A stretch of DNA of 64,000 nucleotides from Spirochaetia bacterium (GTDB taxonomy: Bacteria > Spirochaetota > Spirochaetia > DSM-2461), in contig OY764216.1 in assembly GCA_963668315.1 (NCBI GenBank), positions 5,152,001 through 5,216,000 on the forward strand, given 5' to 3'. The position numbers and the translations under genes were made by a program. Shown one piece after another: positions 1 to 9,273 of this stretch (its first letter is position 1; each line of letters starts with the position of its first letter). A model generated the notes under the pieces. That model saw only the letters and a list, made by a program, of their open reading frames with translations. It was not told where the DNA came from and searched no databases.

Positions 1-259
1 GCATTCCCCACCAGTCCGGATAAAACAGAAGGAGCCTATCGGCCTTCACTAAGTTTTTCTGATGCTCAAGGACAAGGGAATCGGTTGTTCCGCCCCGGGA
101 GATCTCCTCAAGGGGCATAAGGGGGGGAAAAGGTTCTGAATAAAGATCGGAAAGGGCAACCCCATGGCCCCGGCTTTTCAAATATTCCGCCATTTCATCG
201 AAAAATCCTGAAAGAAAACTTTGAGAATCGGGATGGGCCAGAACGAGGAAATCCTTCAT
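1..259 (-). CDS. Flavodoxin-fold NAD(P)H-dependent (quinone) oxidoreductase, partial (runs off the window start)
   Basis: Manual translation from ATG 259: MKDFLVLAHPDSQSF...SDLYSEPFPP...KADRLLLFYPDWWGM. AHP..SF, DLY and YP.WW are Flavodoxin_2 motifs. Not in the ORF track. Confidence 0.85.
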   Translation of the reverse strand, partial: MKDFLVLAHPDSQSFLSGFFDEMAEYLKSRGHGVALSDLYSEPFPPLMPLEEISRGGTTDSLVLEHQKNLVKADRLLLFYPDWWGM

Positions 260-265
260 TTTAAA

Positions 266-294
266 ATAATAACAAATAGCAGGGAGAGGGACAA
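266..294 (-). promoter_or_regulatory. Sigma70-type promoter of the oxidoreductase gene (leaderless layout)
   Basis: TTGTCC (294-289), 17 nt, TATTAT (271-266) preceded by TG-n, then 6 nt to ATG 259. Confidence 0.55.
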
Positions 295-295
295 G

Positions 296-329
296 AAAAA
301 AGAGCTGTCCCCGTGCCTAGGGACAGCTC
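296..329 (-). terminator. Intrinsic terminator
   Basis: Perfect 10-bp stem GAGCTGTCCC/GGGACAGCTC, 8-nt loop, followed by T6 on the minus strand. Confidence 0.85.
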
Positions 330-377
330 CAAAAATATCTGGGAGAAATTTATGATGTTATCTTTATCTTTGCTGTT
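296..377 (-). ncRNA. Putative small regulatory RNA divergent from LysR
   Basis: Extended -10 TG-A-TAAACT (392-384), about 82 nt with no ATG, ends at the 296-329 terminator. The downstream gene has its own promoter. Confidence 0.5.
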
Positions 378-433
378 GACCGAAGTTTATCACGTTTCCC
401 GTGGGAATGCCATCAGTAATGTGTTTCACGAAA

Positions 434-448
434 TCAACTAATAGTTGA
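434..448. promoter_or_regulatory. LysR-type inverted repeat
   Basis: TCAAC-TAATA-GTTGA dyad upstream of the LysR gene, centred about 64 nt upstream of the predicted divergent start site. Confidence 0.6.
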
Positions 449-507
449 AAGGACGGATCTGTCCATTTGCCGGAATATGCCCTATAATTGTACAAGGACA
501 GGTCCCT

Positions 508-1389
508 ATGAACGTAAGAGCCCTTCAATGTTTTATTAAAGTCTACGAAAACAAAAGTATCTCGGCAGCGGCCAAGGAAATATACATTTCCCCCCAGGGG
601 CTCAGCAAAATCATCAAGCAGCTTGAGTACGACCTGGGGGCAGACCTTTTTGTCCGGGAGCCCCAGGGCATGATAGCCACCGAAGCGGGAGAACTGCTTT
701 ACGCCCGGGCGCGCCATATCATCTACCTTATGGATGATATAAAAAAGGAGATTAGCATCATCAACGGAAGCCGGGGAGCGCTGAATGTCGTCGTGACATA
801 CTCCACCGTTACGGAATTTCCCCTGAACGAGCTTTTCGGTTTCACCCGGCTGTACCCCAACATCCAGATCCAGCTTAAGGAATACCCCGAGGAGTATCCC
901 ATGGAAAGTCTCTTCGAGGAGGAAGCCGATGTGGGTATCATCATGGAACACGAAGGAATTGACAACACCCATTATGATTTACTGAGAAAAGGAGAACTGG
1001 TTCTTTATGTTCACAAGGATCATCCGCTGGCTGAAAAGAAGAAAGTCGGTTTGAAGGACCTGGAAGGAACAAAGCTTGTCATTAAATCCATGGAACCGGG
1101 AAAAGAGCACCCCCTTGTTGAGAAACTGAGAGAAAAGGGAATCAAACCGTTGCTGAAACACGAAAGCGGCAATGTCACGTCCCTGAAAAAACTCTGCCAA
1201 AACGACGGCTTTGTCGCCGTACTGGAAAGTTTCCTGAGCGATGCTTTTTCCATGGAATATTTTGTCAGACTGAATTTTTCCGAGAAGATACCCCAGAATG
1301 TGTATCTGGTGACCCGATCGCGGGAGGTACAGAGCAAATCGGTATCCCTCTTCCGGGATTATGTAAAAAAACTGGCTAAGGACAAATAA
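508..1389 (+). CDS. LysR-family transcriptional regulator
   Basis: MNVRALQCFIKVYENKSISAAAKEIYISPQGLSKIIKQLE HTH plus substrate-binding domain. AAGGA RBS favours ATG 508. Confidence 0.95.
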   Translation: MNVRALQCFIKVYENKSISAAAKEIYISPQGLSKIIKQLEYDLGADLFVREPQGMIATEAGELLYARARHIIYLMDDIKKEISIINGSRGALNVVVTYSTVTEFPLNELFGFTRLYPNIQIQLKEYPEEYPMESLFEEEADVGIIMEHEGIDNTHYDLLRKGELVLYVHKDHPLAEKKKVGLKDLEGTKLVIKSMEPGKEHPLVEKLREKGIKPLLKHESGNVTSLKKLCQNDGFVAVLESFLSDAFSMEYFVRLNFSEKIPQNVYLVTRSREVQSKSVSLFRDYVKKLAKDK

Positions 1390-1396
1390 GATAAAA

Positions 1397-3811
1397 ATGA
1401 GAGATATGAAATACCGAGACCTGATATCCCAATTAACTCTGGAAGAGAAGGCTTCCCTGATGTCAGGAAAAGATTTCTGGCAGACAAAGAATATAGATAG
1501 ACTGTCGATCCCTTCCCTTTTTCTCGCCGACGGCCCCCATGGGGTGAGAAAGCAGGCCGTGGAAGCGGACCATATCGGACTTAACGAAGGAATTCCCGCC
1601 ACATGTTTTCCCACGGCAGCCACCGTGGCCAACAGCTGGAATGAGGAGCTGGGCGAGCGGGTCGGAGGCTATCTTGGGGAGGAGGCCGTTTCCCAGAAAG
1701 TCAATATTCTCCTGGGGCCGGGAGTCAATATGAAACGGAATCCCCTCTGCGGGCGGAACTTTGAATATTTCTCCGAAGACCCCTATCTGGCGGGAAAGAT
1801 GGCCGCCGCCTTTGTCAGGGGAATTCAGTCCCACGGCATCTCCGCCTGCGTCAAACACTTCTGCGCGAAAAATCAGGAAGAGCGCAGCATGTCCATCGAT
1901 ACGGTTATCGATGAGAGGACTCTCAGGGAGATCTATCTGACCGCCTTTGAAATAGCCGTCAAGGAAGGGGATGCCAGAACCCTCATGTCATCGTATAACC
2001 GGCTCAACGGAACCTATACGAATGAAAACACCCACATCATGAAGGATATCCTTCGGGAGGAGTGGGGCTACGACGGCTGTGTTGTCACCGACTGGGGCGG
2101 AAGCAATGACAGGATTCGCGGCCTGGAAGCGGGCAATGAACTGGAGATGCCCGCCACCGCCGGAGAAACGGACCGTGAGATAGTCAAAGCTGTAAGAGAG
2201 GGCCGGCTCGACGAGAAAATCCTCGATGAAAACGTGAATCGCCTTCTCAACCTGATTTTCACGACGGAAGAAGCCTTTACTCCCTACAACGCTCCCATCA
2301 GCGTAGAAAAACATCACCGCCTGACCCAGAAGATCGCCGAGGAATCGATTGTGCTTCTTCGGAATGAGGACAAAATACTTCCCCTGAAATATGGAAGGAA
2401 AGTGGCGGTGATCGGCGAATTTGCCCGGAACGCCCGTTACCAGGGAGCCGGCTCCTCCATTGTGAATCCGACCATACTGGACAACACCCTGGACTGCTTC
2501 GATGAATCGGGCATTACCAGCATAGGGTATGAACCGGGATTCCGCCGTTACGGGCAGAAGAGCGCCTCTCTGATACGCAAGGCCTGCGACCTGGCGAAAA
2601 AAGCCGATGCGGTACTCCTCTATCTCGGCCTGGATGAAGATTCGGAAGCCCAGGGACTGGACAGGAACTCCATGGCCCTGCCCTCCAACCAGATAGATCT
2701 GCTGAACGCCCTCTACCCGGTGAACAAGAATATTGTGGTCGTTCTCTCCTGCGGTTCCGCCGTGGAAATGCCCTGGGTGAACAAAACAAAGGCCATTCTC
2801 CATGCGTACCTGGGAGGGCAGGCCGGAGCCAGGGCGATTCTGAGGGTGATATCGGGAGATGTCAATCCTTCGGGAAAACTGGCGGAAACCTATCCCCTGC
2901 GCTACGAAGATACCCCGTCGGCCCCCTATTTTCCCGGAAAAGAGGTCAGCGTGGAATACCGGGAAGGCCCTTATATAGGCTACCGCTATTTCGATACGGC
3001 CGATGTCCCCGTCCTCTATCCCTTCGGATTCGGTCTGAGCTACACAACCTTTGAATATGGTGACCTGGACATAGACGAAACGGGGGTATCCTTCTCCCTG
3101 ACGAACCGGGGAGATATGCAGGGGACGGAAATATCCCAGCTTTATGTCAGCTGTCCTTCCAAAGAGATTTTCCGGCCCCGGAAGGAGCTGAAAGGTTTTA
3201 AGAAAGTCTTCATAAATCCGGGGGAGAAGAAAATCATCAGGATCCCCTTTGATGACAAAACATTCCGTTATTTCAATATCAGGACGAGCGCCTGGGAAGT
3301 GGAGGAAGGGGACTACCGGATTCTCATAGGCTCCTCCAGTGCGGACATCCGACTTTCCGGGACAATCCGCAGGGAGGGAACCGGAGCCCCCCTCCCCTAT
3401 GACCGGGACGAACTGCCCTCCTATTATTCGGGAAAAATCAAGGAAGTCGGAACGGAAGAATTCGAGAAACTCCTGGGGCGGAAGGTTCCCGATCCCCTCT
3501 GGGACAGGAAAAAGCCCCTCGGCTATAACGACGCCATTGCCCAATGCGCGTATGCCCGGGGGAATTTCGCCCGTATCGCCTTTAAGCTGATCCGCCTGTC
3601 CCACTGGGTCCTCAGAAAAACGGGGAAAAGAAGAGCGGCCAATATGCTCATGATGTCCGTTTTCAACATGCCCTTCCGGGGAATCGCCCGTATGACGGGA
3701 GGACTGGTGAACATGCCCATGCTCGACGGGATACTGATGATCGTTAACGGCCATTTTTTCAAGGGGCTGGCAAAACTCCTCAGGGAGAGGAAGAGGAAAT
3801 CCCCGGGCTGA
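1397..3811 (+). CDS. GH3 beta-glucosidase-family protein with Fn3-like domain (start 1397 or 1406)
   Basis: DGPHGVR, GRNFEYFSEDP, KHF, nucleophile motif VVTDWG, YPFGFGLSYT, ELKGF. Confidence 0.95.
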   Translation: MRDMKYRDLISQLTLEEKASLMSGKDFWQTKNIDRLSIPSLFLADGPHGVRKQAVEADHIGLNEGIPATCFPTAATVANSWNEELGERVGGYLGEEAVSQKVNILLGPGVNMKRNPLCGRNFEYFSEDPYLAGKMAAAFVRGIQSHGISACVKHFCAKNQEERSMSIDTVIDERTLREIYLTAFEIAVKEGDARTLMSSYNRLNGTYTNENTHIMKDILREEWGYDGCVVTDWGGSNDRIRGLEAGNELEMPATAGETDREIVKAVREGRLDEKILDENVNRLLNLIFTTEEAFTPYNAPISVEKHHRLTQKIAEESIVLLRNEDKILPLKYGRKVAVIGEFARNARYQGAGSSIVNPTILDNTLDCFDESGITSIGYEPGFRRYGQKSASLIRKACDLAKKADAVLLYLGLDEDSEAQGLDRNSMALPSNQIDLLNALYPVNKNIVVVLSCGSAVEMPWVNKTKAILHAYLGGQAGARAILRVISGDVNPSGKLAETYPLRYEDTPSAPYFPGKEVSVEYREGPYIGYRYFDTADVPVLYPFGFGLSYTTFEYGDLDIDETGVSFSLTNRGDMQGTEISQLYVSCPSKEIFRPRKELKGFKKVFINPGEKKIIRIPFDDKTFRYFNIRTSAWEVEEGDYRILIGSSSADIRLSGTIRREGTGAPLPYDRDELPSYYSGKIKEVGTEEFEKLLGRKVPDPLWDRKKPLGYNDAIAQCAYARGNFARIAFKLIRLSHWVLRKTGKRRAANMLMMSVFNMPFRGIARMTGGLVNMPMLDGILMIVNGHFFKGLAKLLRERKRKSPG

Positions 3812-3891
3812 TAAGATAACCAAGATCTACCATCTTTTTCACAAGATAACCATTCCTCCGGAATTCCCTTTTCATGGTATAGTGGTATGTT

Positions 3892-6561
3892 ATGAAAAAT
3901 TATCGGAAGAGTCACGACCTTTCCCTGTCGCCCTGGGGACCCTATTCAAAAAGATATGTCGGTATTTCCCATATACCGTCTCTGCCGGAAGGAAAAAGAT
4001 TTGATCTAAGCGTCTTTCCCTCCCTTTACCGCCGGGGGATCACCCCTCCCAATGTCATGTGGGAATCGGGCTACCATCCCTGGGACTGCTCCGCCGACCT
4101 GCGCCGCTATACCCACCGCCACGAGCTGCTGTGGAAGGATGAAATATATACGGATATCACCTTCTCCCTCCAGAGCGAATCGCAGGTCCGCTACTCCTGC
4201 CGTACGGTAAATAATACCGATGTGAGGCAGGCTCTGGTTTTCCACCATATGACATCCCTCTACTTTCCTCCCCTGGAAACCTACTCGCCCGTACCGGTAA
4301 AAGCCGTTGCTCCCCCGGTGGGAGAGGGACTCTATTTTGTGGCCGGACTGGATTATGAAGAGCTGAATTTCCGGGAGGATTCCCCCCTGCGGACCCTCTC
4401 TCCCGACGGCACTCTCTGGGGAGAGACGGGGGACCACGGCTTTACCGGCGGCAGAGGCCTGGGCGGCGGATTCGGGGAAGCCCCTTCCGACCGGGCCCGT
4501 TACGCCATTCCCGAAGGATGGGACGGAAAGGGGCCGGTCTTCCTGCGCTGCCGGAACCTCTCGCGGAAACCCTCCGCCCTGATCCTGGCGGGAGGCCTGG
4601 AAGGACGCGCCGCCCTATCCCCCGATGAAGCATGGGTTATCCTGACTTCCGATTTCACCAGAAGCGGGGAATCCACTTTCTCGCTGGCAACCGAAGGAAA
4701 GGGAGCCGTCGATGTGGACGGCATCGTCTTCTGCCCCGCCGGCTTCCAGGGTACCCCTGTCTTCTCTCCTGTCAGTCTGAATCCCAGGCCCGAAGTAAAA
4801 AGCGGTCCCCGGGATAACAGCCTGATTCTCCAGTATGAGGACCTGCCCCTTACTTACGGGCTCAGTTGGGATATACCCGGAGTCGTCCGTCACTGGGCCT
4901 GCGACGAACCGGACAATATTATGAGACACAATGTCCATGAGCATAACCACCGGGAATTCCAGGGACCGGGGGAGGGACACTTTACCGAAGTCTTCACCCG
5001 TCCCGTCTTCCTGGACGGCTCCTCCGATCTCGTCAACCAGGGGATGGTCTGCTGCGGAACGGAAGAGCAGGTAAGGGAAATGCTCGGCAAGGAGGATACA
5101 TCACCTGTCTCCTGGACGGGATTCACTCCCGAAGAGAGACCCTTCACGCAGGACAATCCCTATACATTCAGCCTCAACAGGCTGGCGGCCACCGCCCTTC
5201 TGAACGTGGTATACCCCGTACGCATCCAGGGAGAGTGGTCACGCCATCATACTCCCGGCCGCTGGTGGGACTGCCTCTATACCTGGGATTCGGGCTTCAT
5301 AGGCCTGGGCTTCACCGCCCTGGATCTCAAGCGGGCCGAAGAGACGCTGAATGCCTACCTGACCGAACCGGGAAATCCCCATGCCGCCTTCATTCATCAC
5401 GGCAGTCCGGTACCCACCCAGTTCTTTCTCTACCAGGAGATATTCAACCGCTCCCAGTCAAAGGAGTTTCTGGGGAAGTATTACGATTCCCTCCTCCAAT
5501 ATCACCGCTTCATGGCCGGCCGTCTGGGCAGCTCCTCCACAGCATCCCTTAAATCGGGACTGCTCAAAACCTGGGACTACTTCTATAACTCCGGCGGCTG
5601 GGACGATTACTGTCCCCAGGTCCACGTGAGAAAAAACGGCCTGGAAGCCACCATCGCCCCGGCGATTACCACGGCCGTTGCCGTCAGAACGGCACTGATC
5701 CTCAAAGGGGCCGCCCTGCTGCTCGGAAAGGACACGGAAGAGCTGGACAGGGATATCGCACACCTCTCCGGCGCACTTCAGCAGCACTCCTGGGATGGGG
5801 AATCGGGTTATTTCTCCTATGTCGTCCATGATGAAGAGGGGAAGGCCCGCCATATGCTGACCTATGGAGAGAAAATCAACTTTGATATGGGCTTCGACGG
5901 AGCTTACCCCCTTAATGCGGGAATATGCACGGAGGAGCAGGAAGAGCGGCTGCTGGCAAGACTGTTCTCCCCGGACCATCTCTGGACCGATACGGGGCTG
6001 ACCGCCATCGACCAGTCGGCTCCCTACTTCAGGGACGACGGATACTGGAACGGCGCCGTCTGGATGTCCCACCAGTGGATCTTCTGGAAAACCATGCTGG
6101 ACATGGGCCGGAGCGAAGAGGCCTGGAGAATTGCCTTCACCGCCCTGGAACTCTGGAAAAGGGAGACCGAGGACACCTATCTCTGCTTTGAGCACTTTGT
6201 CACCTCCACAGGACGGGGAGCCGGATGGCACCACTTCGGAGGTCTCTCCTCCCCTGTCATGAACTGGTATTCCGCCTATTTTGTCCCGGGAACCCTCTCC
6301 GCCGGTCATGACAGCTGGATTACGGAACGGCAGGTATCGCAGGACAGCACCAGGATCGATTTCACCCTGGTCTCCGCCGGCTGCACCGATAAGACGCGCA
6401 CCGTACTGGCCGTGCTCGCCCCGGAAGTGCGATCGGTCAGAGTCAGCCTCGGGGACGGGACGCTCCTTGAGAGCAACCTGAGAAAGGGGGGAGCCGTGGA
6501 AGTTACCCTTCCCCCCGGACAGAATGGGTCCTATGCGATCACAGTGGAAGGTAAAATATGA
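3892..6561 (+). CDS. GH63/MGH1-like (alpha/alpha)6 glycoside hydrolase with N-terminal beta domains
   Basis: YTWDSGF, SGGWDD, YWNGAVW and C-terminal FEH motifs of the trehalase/GH63-like clan. Confidence 0.75.
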   Translation: MKNYRKSHDLSLSPWGPYSKRYVGISHIPSLPEGKRFDLSVFPSLYRRGITPPNVMWESGYHPWDCSADLRRYTHRHELLWKDEIYTDITFSLQSESQVRYSCRTVNNTDVRQALVFHHMTSLYFPPLETYSPVPVKAVAPPVGEGLYFVAGLDYEELNFREDSPLRTLSPDGTLWGETGDHGFTGGRGLGGGFGEAPSDRARYAIPEGWDGKGPVFLRCRNLSRKPSALILAGGLEGRAALSPDEAWVILTSDFTRSGESTFSLATEGKGAVDVDGIVFCPAGFQGTPVFSPVSLNPRPEVKSGPRDNSLILQYEDLPLTYGLSWDIPGVVRHWACDEPDNIMRHNVHEHNHREFQGPGEGHFTEVFTRPVFLDGSSDLVNQGMVCCGTEEQVREMLGKEDTSPVSWTGFTPEERPFTQDNPYTFSLNRLAATALLNVVYPVRIQGEWSRHHTPGRWWDCLYTWDSGFIGLGFTALDLKRAEETLNAYLTEPGNPHAAFIHHGSPVPTQFFLYQEIFNRSQSKEFLGKYYDSLLQYHRFMAGRLGSSSTASLKSGLLKTWDYFYNSGGWDDYCPQVHVRKNGLEATIAPAITTAVAVRTALILKGAALLLGKDTEELDRDIAHLSGALQQHSWDGESGYFSYVVHDEEGKARHMLTYGEKINFDMGFDGAYPLNAGICTEEQEERLLARLFSPDHLWTDTGLTAIDQSAPYFRDDGYWNGAVWMSHQWIFWKTMLDMGRSEEAWRIAFTALELWKRETEDTYLCFEHFVTSTGRGAGWHHFGGLSSPVMNWYSAYFVPGTLSAGHDSWITERQVSQDSTRIDFTLVSAGCTDKTRTVLAVLAPEVRSVRVSLGDGTLLESNLRKGGAVEVTLPPGQNGSYAITVEGKI

Positions 6562-8279
6562 AACTGGATATAGAGATGCTCCTGGAGAAGGAGCGGCCCC
6601 TTCTCAGGGAGTGGGAAGATTTTCTTGATCAGATTCCCCCAGAAGAGGAGATGAACCGGGGGCTCTCCTTCAGTCACCGTTTTCTTCTCCACGGGGCGGA
6701 GTGTTCGATCTGCTCCTATCTCACGGCAAAATCCGGAGACAGGATAAAAGCCGAACTGGAAAGGGCCGAGAAAGCCGCCCGGATTCTCACCGGAACCCTT
6801 ACTGAGGAGGGGATGAGCAACAGTTTCAACCTGGCGTCCCCTCCGGATACGGCCTTCGCCACGGAAAGGGCCGGAGCCCTGCTGGTTCTTCTAAGGAAAA
6901 AAGCGCGCCCTGAGTTCACAGAGCTATCGTCCCGCCTTGAGGAGTATCTGGAAAGGACCTGCGACGGACTGGTTACGGGCGGCATTCATACCCCCAATCA
7001 CCGCTGGGTCGTGTCTTCCGCCCTCTCCTTCGGTTATCACCTTTTGGGAAAGCAGAGCTATAAAGACCGGGCTGAAGCCTGGATCAGCGAAGGCATCGAT
7101 ATTGATGAGGACGGGCAGTTCTCCGAACGGAGCACCTCCATCTACTCCCCCGTCACGGTAAACTGCCTTCTCAATATGGCCGAATACCTGAAAAAGCCGG
7201 AGCTTCTGGAACCGGTCCGCCGTCATCTTGATCTGACCCTCTGGTTCCTCAAGCCCGACGGAAACCTCGTGACGACCCCCTCACGCAGGCAGGATCTCTT
7301 CTCCCCGGGAAGTTCGGAAAACTACTACCTTCCCTACCTTATCATGGCGGTAAAAGATCAGAACGGAGCCTATGGGGCGGCCGCCCGGTTTATCGCCGAA
7401 ACGGACCATCTTCCCAGAAGGGGTCTGACGGAAATCCTCTCGGGCTGTATTGAGGGGGAGCTGCCCGATCCGACCCTGTCTCTTCCCCTTGAAGGCGCCC
7501 GCTTTATCGCCGGTTCCCGATTCTACCGTTCCCTGAAAGAAAACCGGTTCCTGACCCTTTTCGGAGGCTGCGACAACGGGCTGTCCCTGAAGCACGCTTC
7601 CGGTCTGTCGGGCAACCCCTCCTTTCTCTCTTTCCAGTCGGGCAGCGGCATCCTGGAATCGGTGCGCATCGCTCCCTGTTTCTTCGGGACCGGATATTTC
7701 CGGCCGGACGGTATGGAACGGGAAGGAGATTCATGGATACTGGAACAGCACCTCTCGGTACCCTATTTCGATACGCTGAAGAAGGATGATATCAGAGCGG
7801 ACGGGGACTATTCCCTCACCTCCTCGGGGCGCTACTGGAGTAAGCTGGACTTTCCCAGACGGGACAGGGTCAATGTGCAGAATCTGAAGACCCGGGCCGT
7901 CATCAAAGAAGGGAACGGCGGAGTGGAGCTTTCCGTCTCCGTCAGCGGATGCCCCAGTGTGCCGGTGGCCCTGGAATTCGCCTTCCCCGCAGAGGGGGAA
8001 CTGACGGGGGACTGGCTTGAGAGCGGGGACAGCCCCTCCTTTTTCGAATTTCCCGATCAGCCCAGACCGAAAAACATGAAAATACTGCGCCGGGGAGATG
8101 CCCTTTATACCTGCGGGGAAGGGAAAATACGGATCAGCGGGGGTAAGAGTGAGCACGACTGGCTGCCCATACAGCAAAGCGGTGATTACACCTCCCTGGA
8201 CGGAGAAGCGCGAAAGAAGCAATTCGTCTATGTAACGCTTTATTCGCCCTTTGAAATTACCCTGGAGATCGGGGACTGA
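6558..8279 (+). CDS. Conserved hypothetical protein, possibly heparinase II/III or alginate-lyase-like fold
   Basis: 573-aa ORF coupled to the GH gene by ATGA overlap. GGIHTPNHRW and DG.FSERS..Y motifs resemble alpha/alpha-toroid lyases. Confidence 0.5.
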   Translation: MKLDIEMLLEKERPLLREWEDFLDQIPPEEEMNRGLSFSHRFLLHGAECSICSYLTAKSGDRIKAELERAEKAARILTGTLTEEGMSNSFNLASPPDTAFATERAGALLVLLRKKARPEFTELSSRLEEYLERTCDGLVTGGIHTPNHRWVVSSALSFGYHLLGKQSYKDRAEAWISEGIDIDEDGQFSERSTSIYSPVTVNCLLNMAEYLKKPELLEPVRRHLDLTLWFLKPDGNLVTTPSRRQDLFSPGSSENYYLPYLIMAVKDQNGAYGAAARFIAETDHLPRRGLTEILSGCIEGELPDPTLSLPLEGARFIAGSRFYRSLKENRFLTLFGGCDNGLSLKHASGLSGNPSFLSFQSGSGILESVRIAPCFFGTGYFRPDGMEREGDSWILEQHLSVPYFDTLKKDDIRADGDYSLTSSGRYWSKLDFPRRDRVNVQNLKTRAVIKEGNGGVELSVSVSGCPSVPVALEFAFPAEGELTGDWLESGDSPSFFEFPDQPRPKNMKILRRGDALYTCGEGKIRISGGKSEHDWLPIQQSGDYTSLDGEARKKQFVYVTLYSPFEITLEIGD

Positions 8280-8289
8280 CGGGAACTCC

Positions 8290-9273
8290 CTACGCCGTGG
8301 CCCGGATATGATCTCCCAGGGGAAGGGAGAGAACAATACCAATCCCCTTGCCATGGCGGTTTTCCGCCGTCAGACGGCCGCCCAGCCTTTCAGACAGGTA
8401 ACGGCTGGTATCCAGATCACCGAGTATATCGTAATCGTCATGGCTGACTTCCGGGTGGTACACAGAGAATAGGAATCTCCTGTGCCCTTCATCCAGGCGG
8501 CATTCAACCTTGATTTCTCCCCCGGCGGTCCTGCTTTCCGCATCCACAAGGAGGCGGGAGAGGATCTGCTTGACCAGAAATCCGTCGGTAAAAAGAGCGT
8601 AATCACTGGGACATCGGATGCGTGTGATCAGTTTGACATCCCGGGGCATGTAGGATTCGTGGGACCTGTGAATCTCGTCCATCAGGGGAAGGATGGGGGT
8701 CGTGGAGGGATGGACGGTCAGCTCGGGGACGGGGAAGACCGAATAGTCGATATCGCCGTCCCTGTCTCCCGACGCATCTCCCCCACCGAGCTTTGTCCTT
8801 GTCAGCTCGTCCAGATAGCGGGCCTTATCGGCAATTACGGCGAGATCTTCTTCCAGTATCGTTTTAAAACGCAAGAGGAAGGTCTCCCGCTTGCTGTCCC
8901 ATTCGAAAGGCCCCCTCCCTCCCAGGAAGAGCAGCCCGAAGGGACTGCTGCCGTGATCCACGGAAAAACCGCAGCAATGGGTAATCCCCGTCTGCCTGAA
9001 AAAACGCCCGACCTTCTCATCGACCGCTTCAAGATCCACCAGCTGATAGAAGGGATCCCTCCGGCTCAGGGCAGAAAGATCCTCCGAGGAGGGACGTCCC
9101 CTGTGGCGGATACCAATGGGCAGTACCAGCTCACCCTTAGTGTTTGTGGCGAAGATTTCCCAGGACTCGGGCAGGAAGCGTATGAAGGCTCCGTAGGGGG
9201 CATTAACCTCCTCTGCCAGAAGATCCAGCGATGTCCGCCATTTCATTTTTAAATCATTTAAATATCTTTCCAT
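8290..9273 (-). CDS. GAF-like domain plus degenerate HATPase domain protein
   Basis: N-terminal GAF-like segment (PFGLLFLG). C-terminal TDGFLVKQILSRLLVDA...LGGRLTAENRHGKG..VLSLPL matches the kinase ATPase scaffold without N/G boxes. Confidence 0.6.
   Translation of the reverse strand: MERYLNDLKMKWRTSLDLLAEEVNAPYGAFIRFLPESWEIFATNTKGELVLPIGIRHRGRPSSEDLSALSRRDPFYQLVDLEAVDEKVGRFFRQTGITHCCGFSVDHGSSPFGLLFLGGRGPFEWDSKRETFLLRFKTILEEDLAVIADKARYLDELTRTKLGGGDASGDRDGDIDYSVFPVPELTVHPSTTPILPLMDEIHRSHESYMPRDVKLITRIRCPSDYALFTDGFLVKQILSRLLVDAESRTAGGEIKVECRLDEGHRRFLFSVYHPEVSHDDYDILGDLDTSRYLSERLGGRLTAENRHGKGIGIVLSLPLGDHIRATA

Noticed and set aside
364..972. 202-aa minus-strand ORF
   Set aside because: Antisense shadow of the LysR gene with no motifs.
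1988..3823. 611-aa minus-strand ORF
   Set aside because: Antisense shadow of GH3, expected from codon bias in GC-rich DNA.
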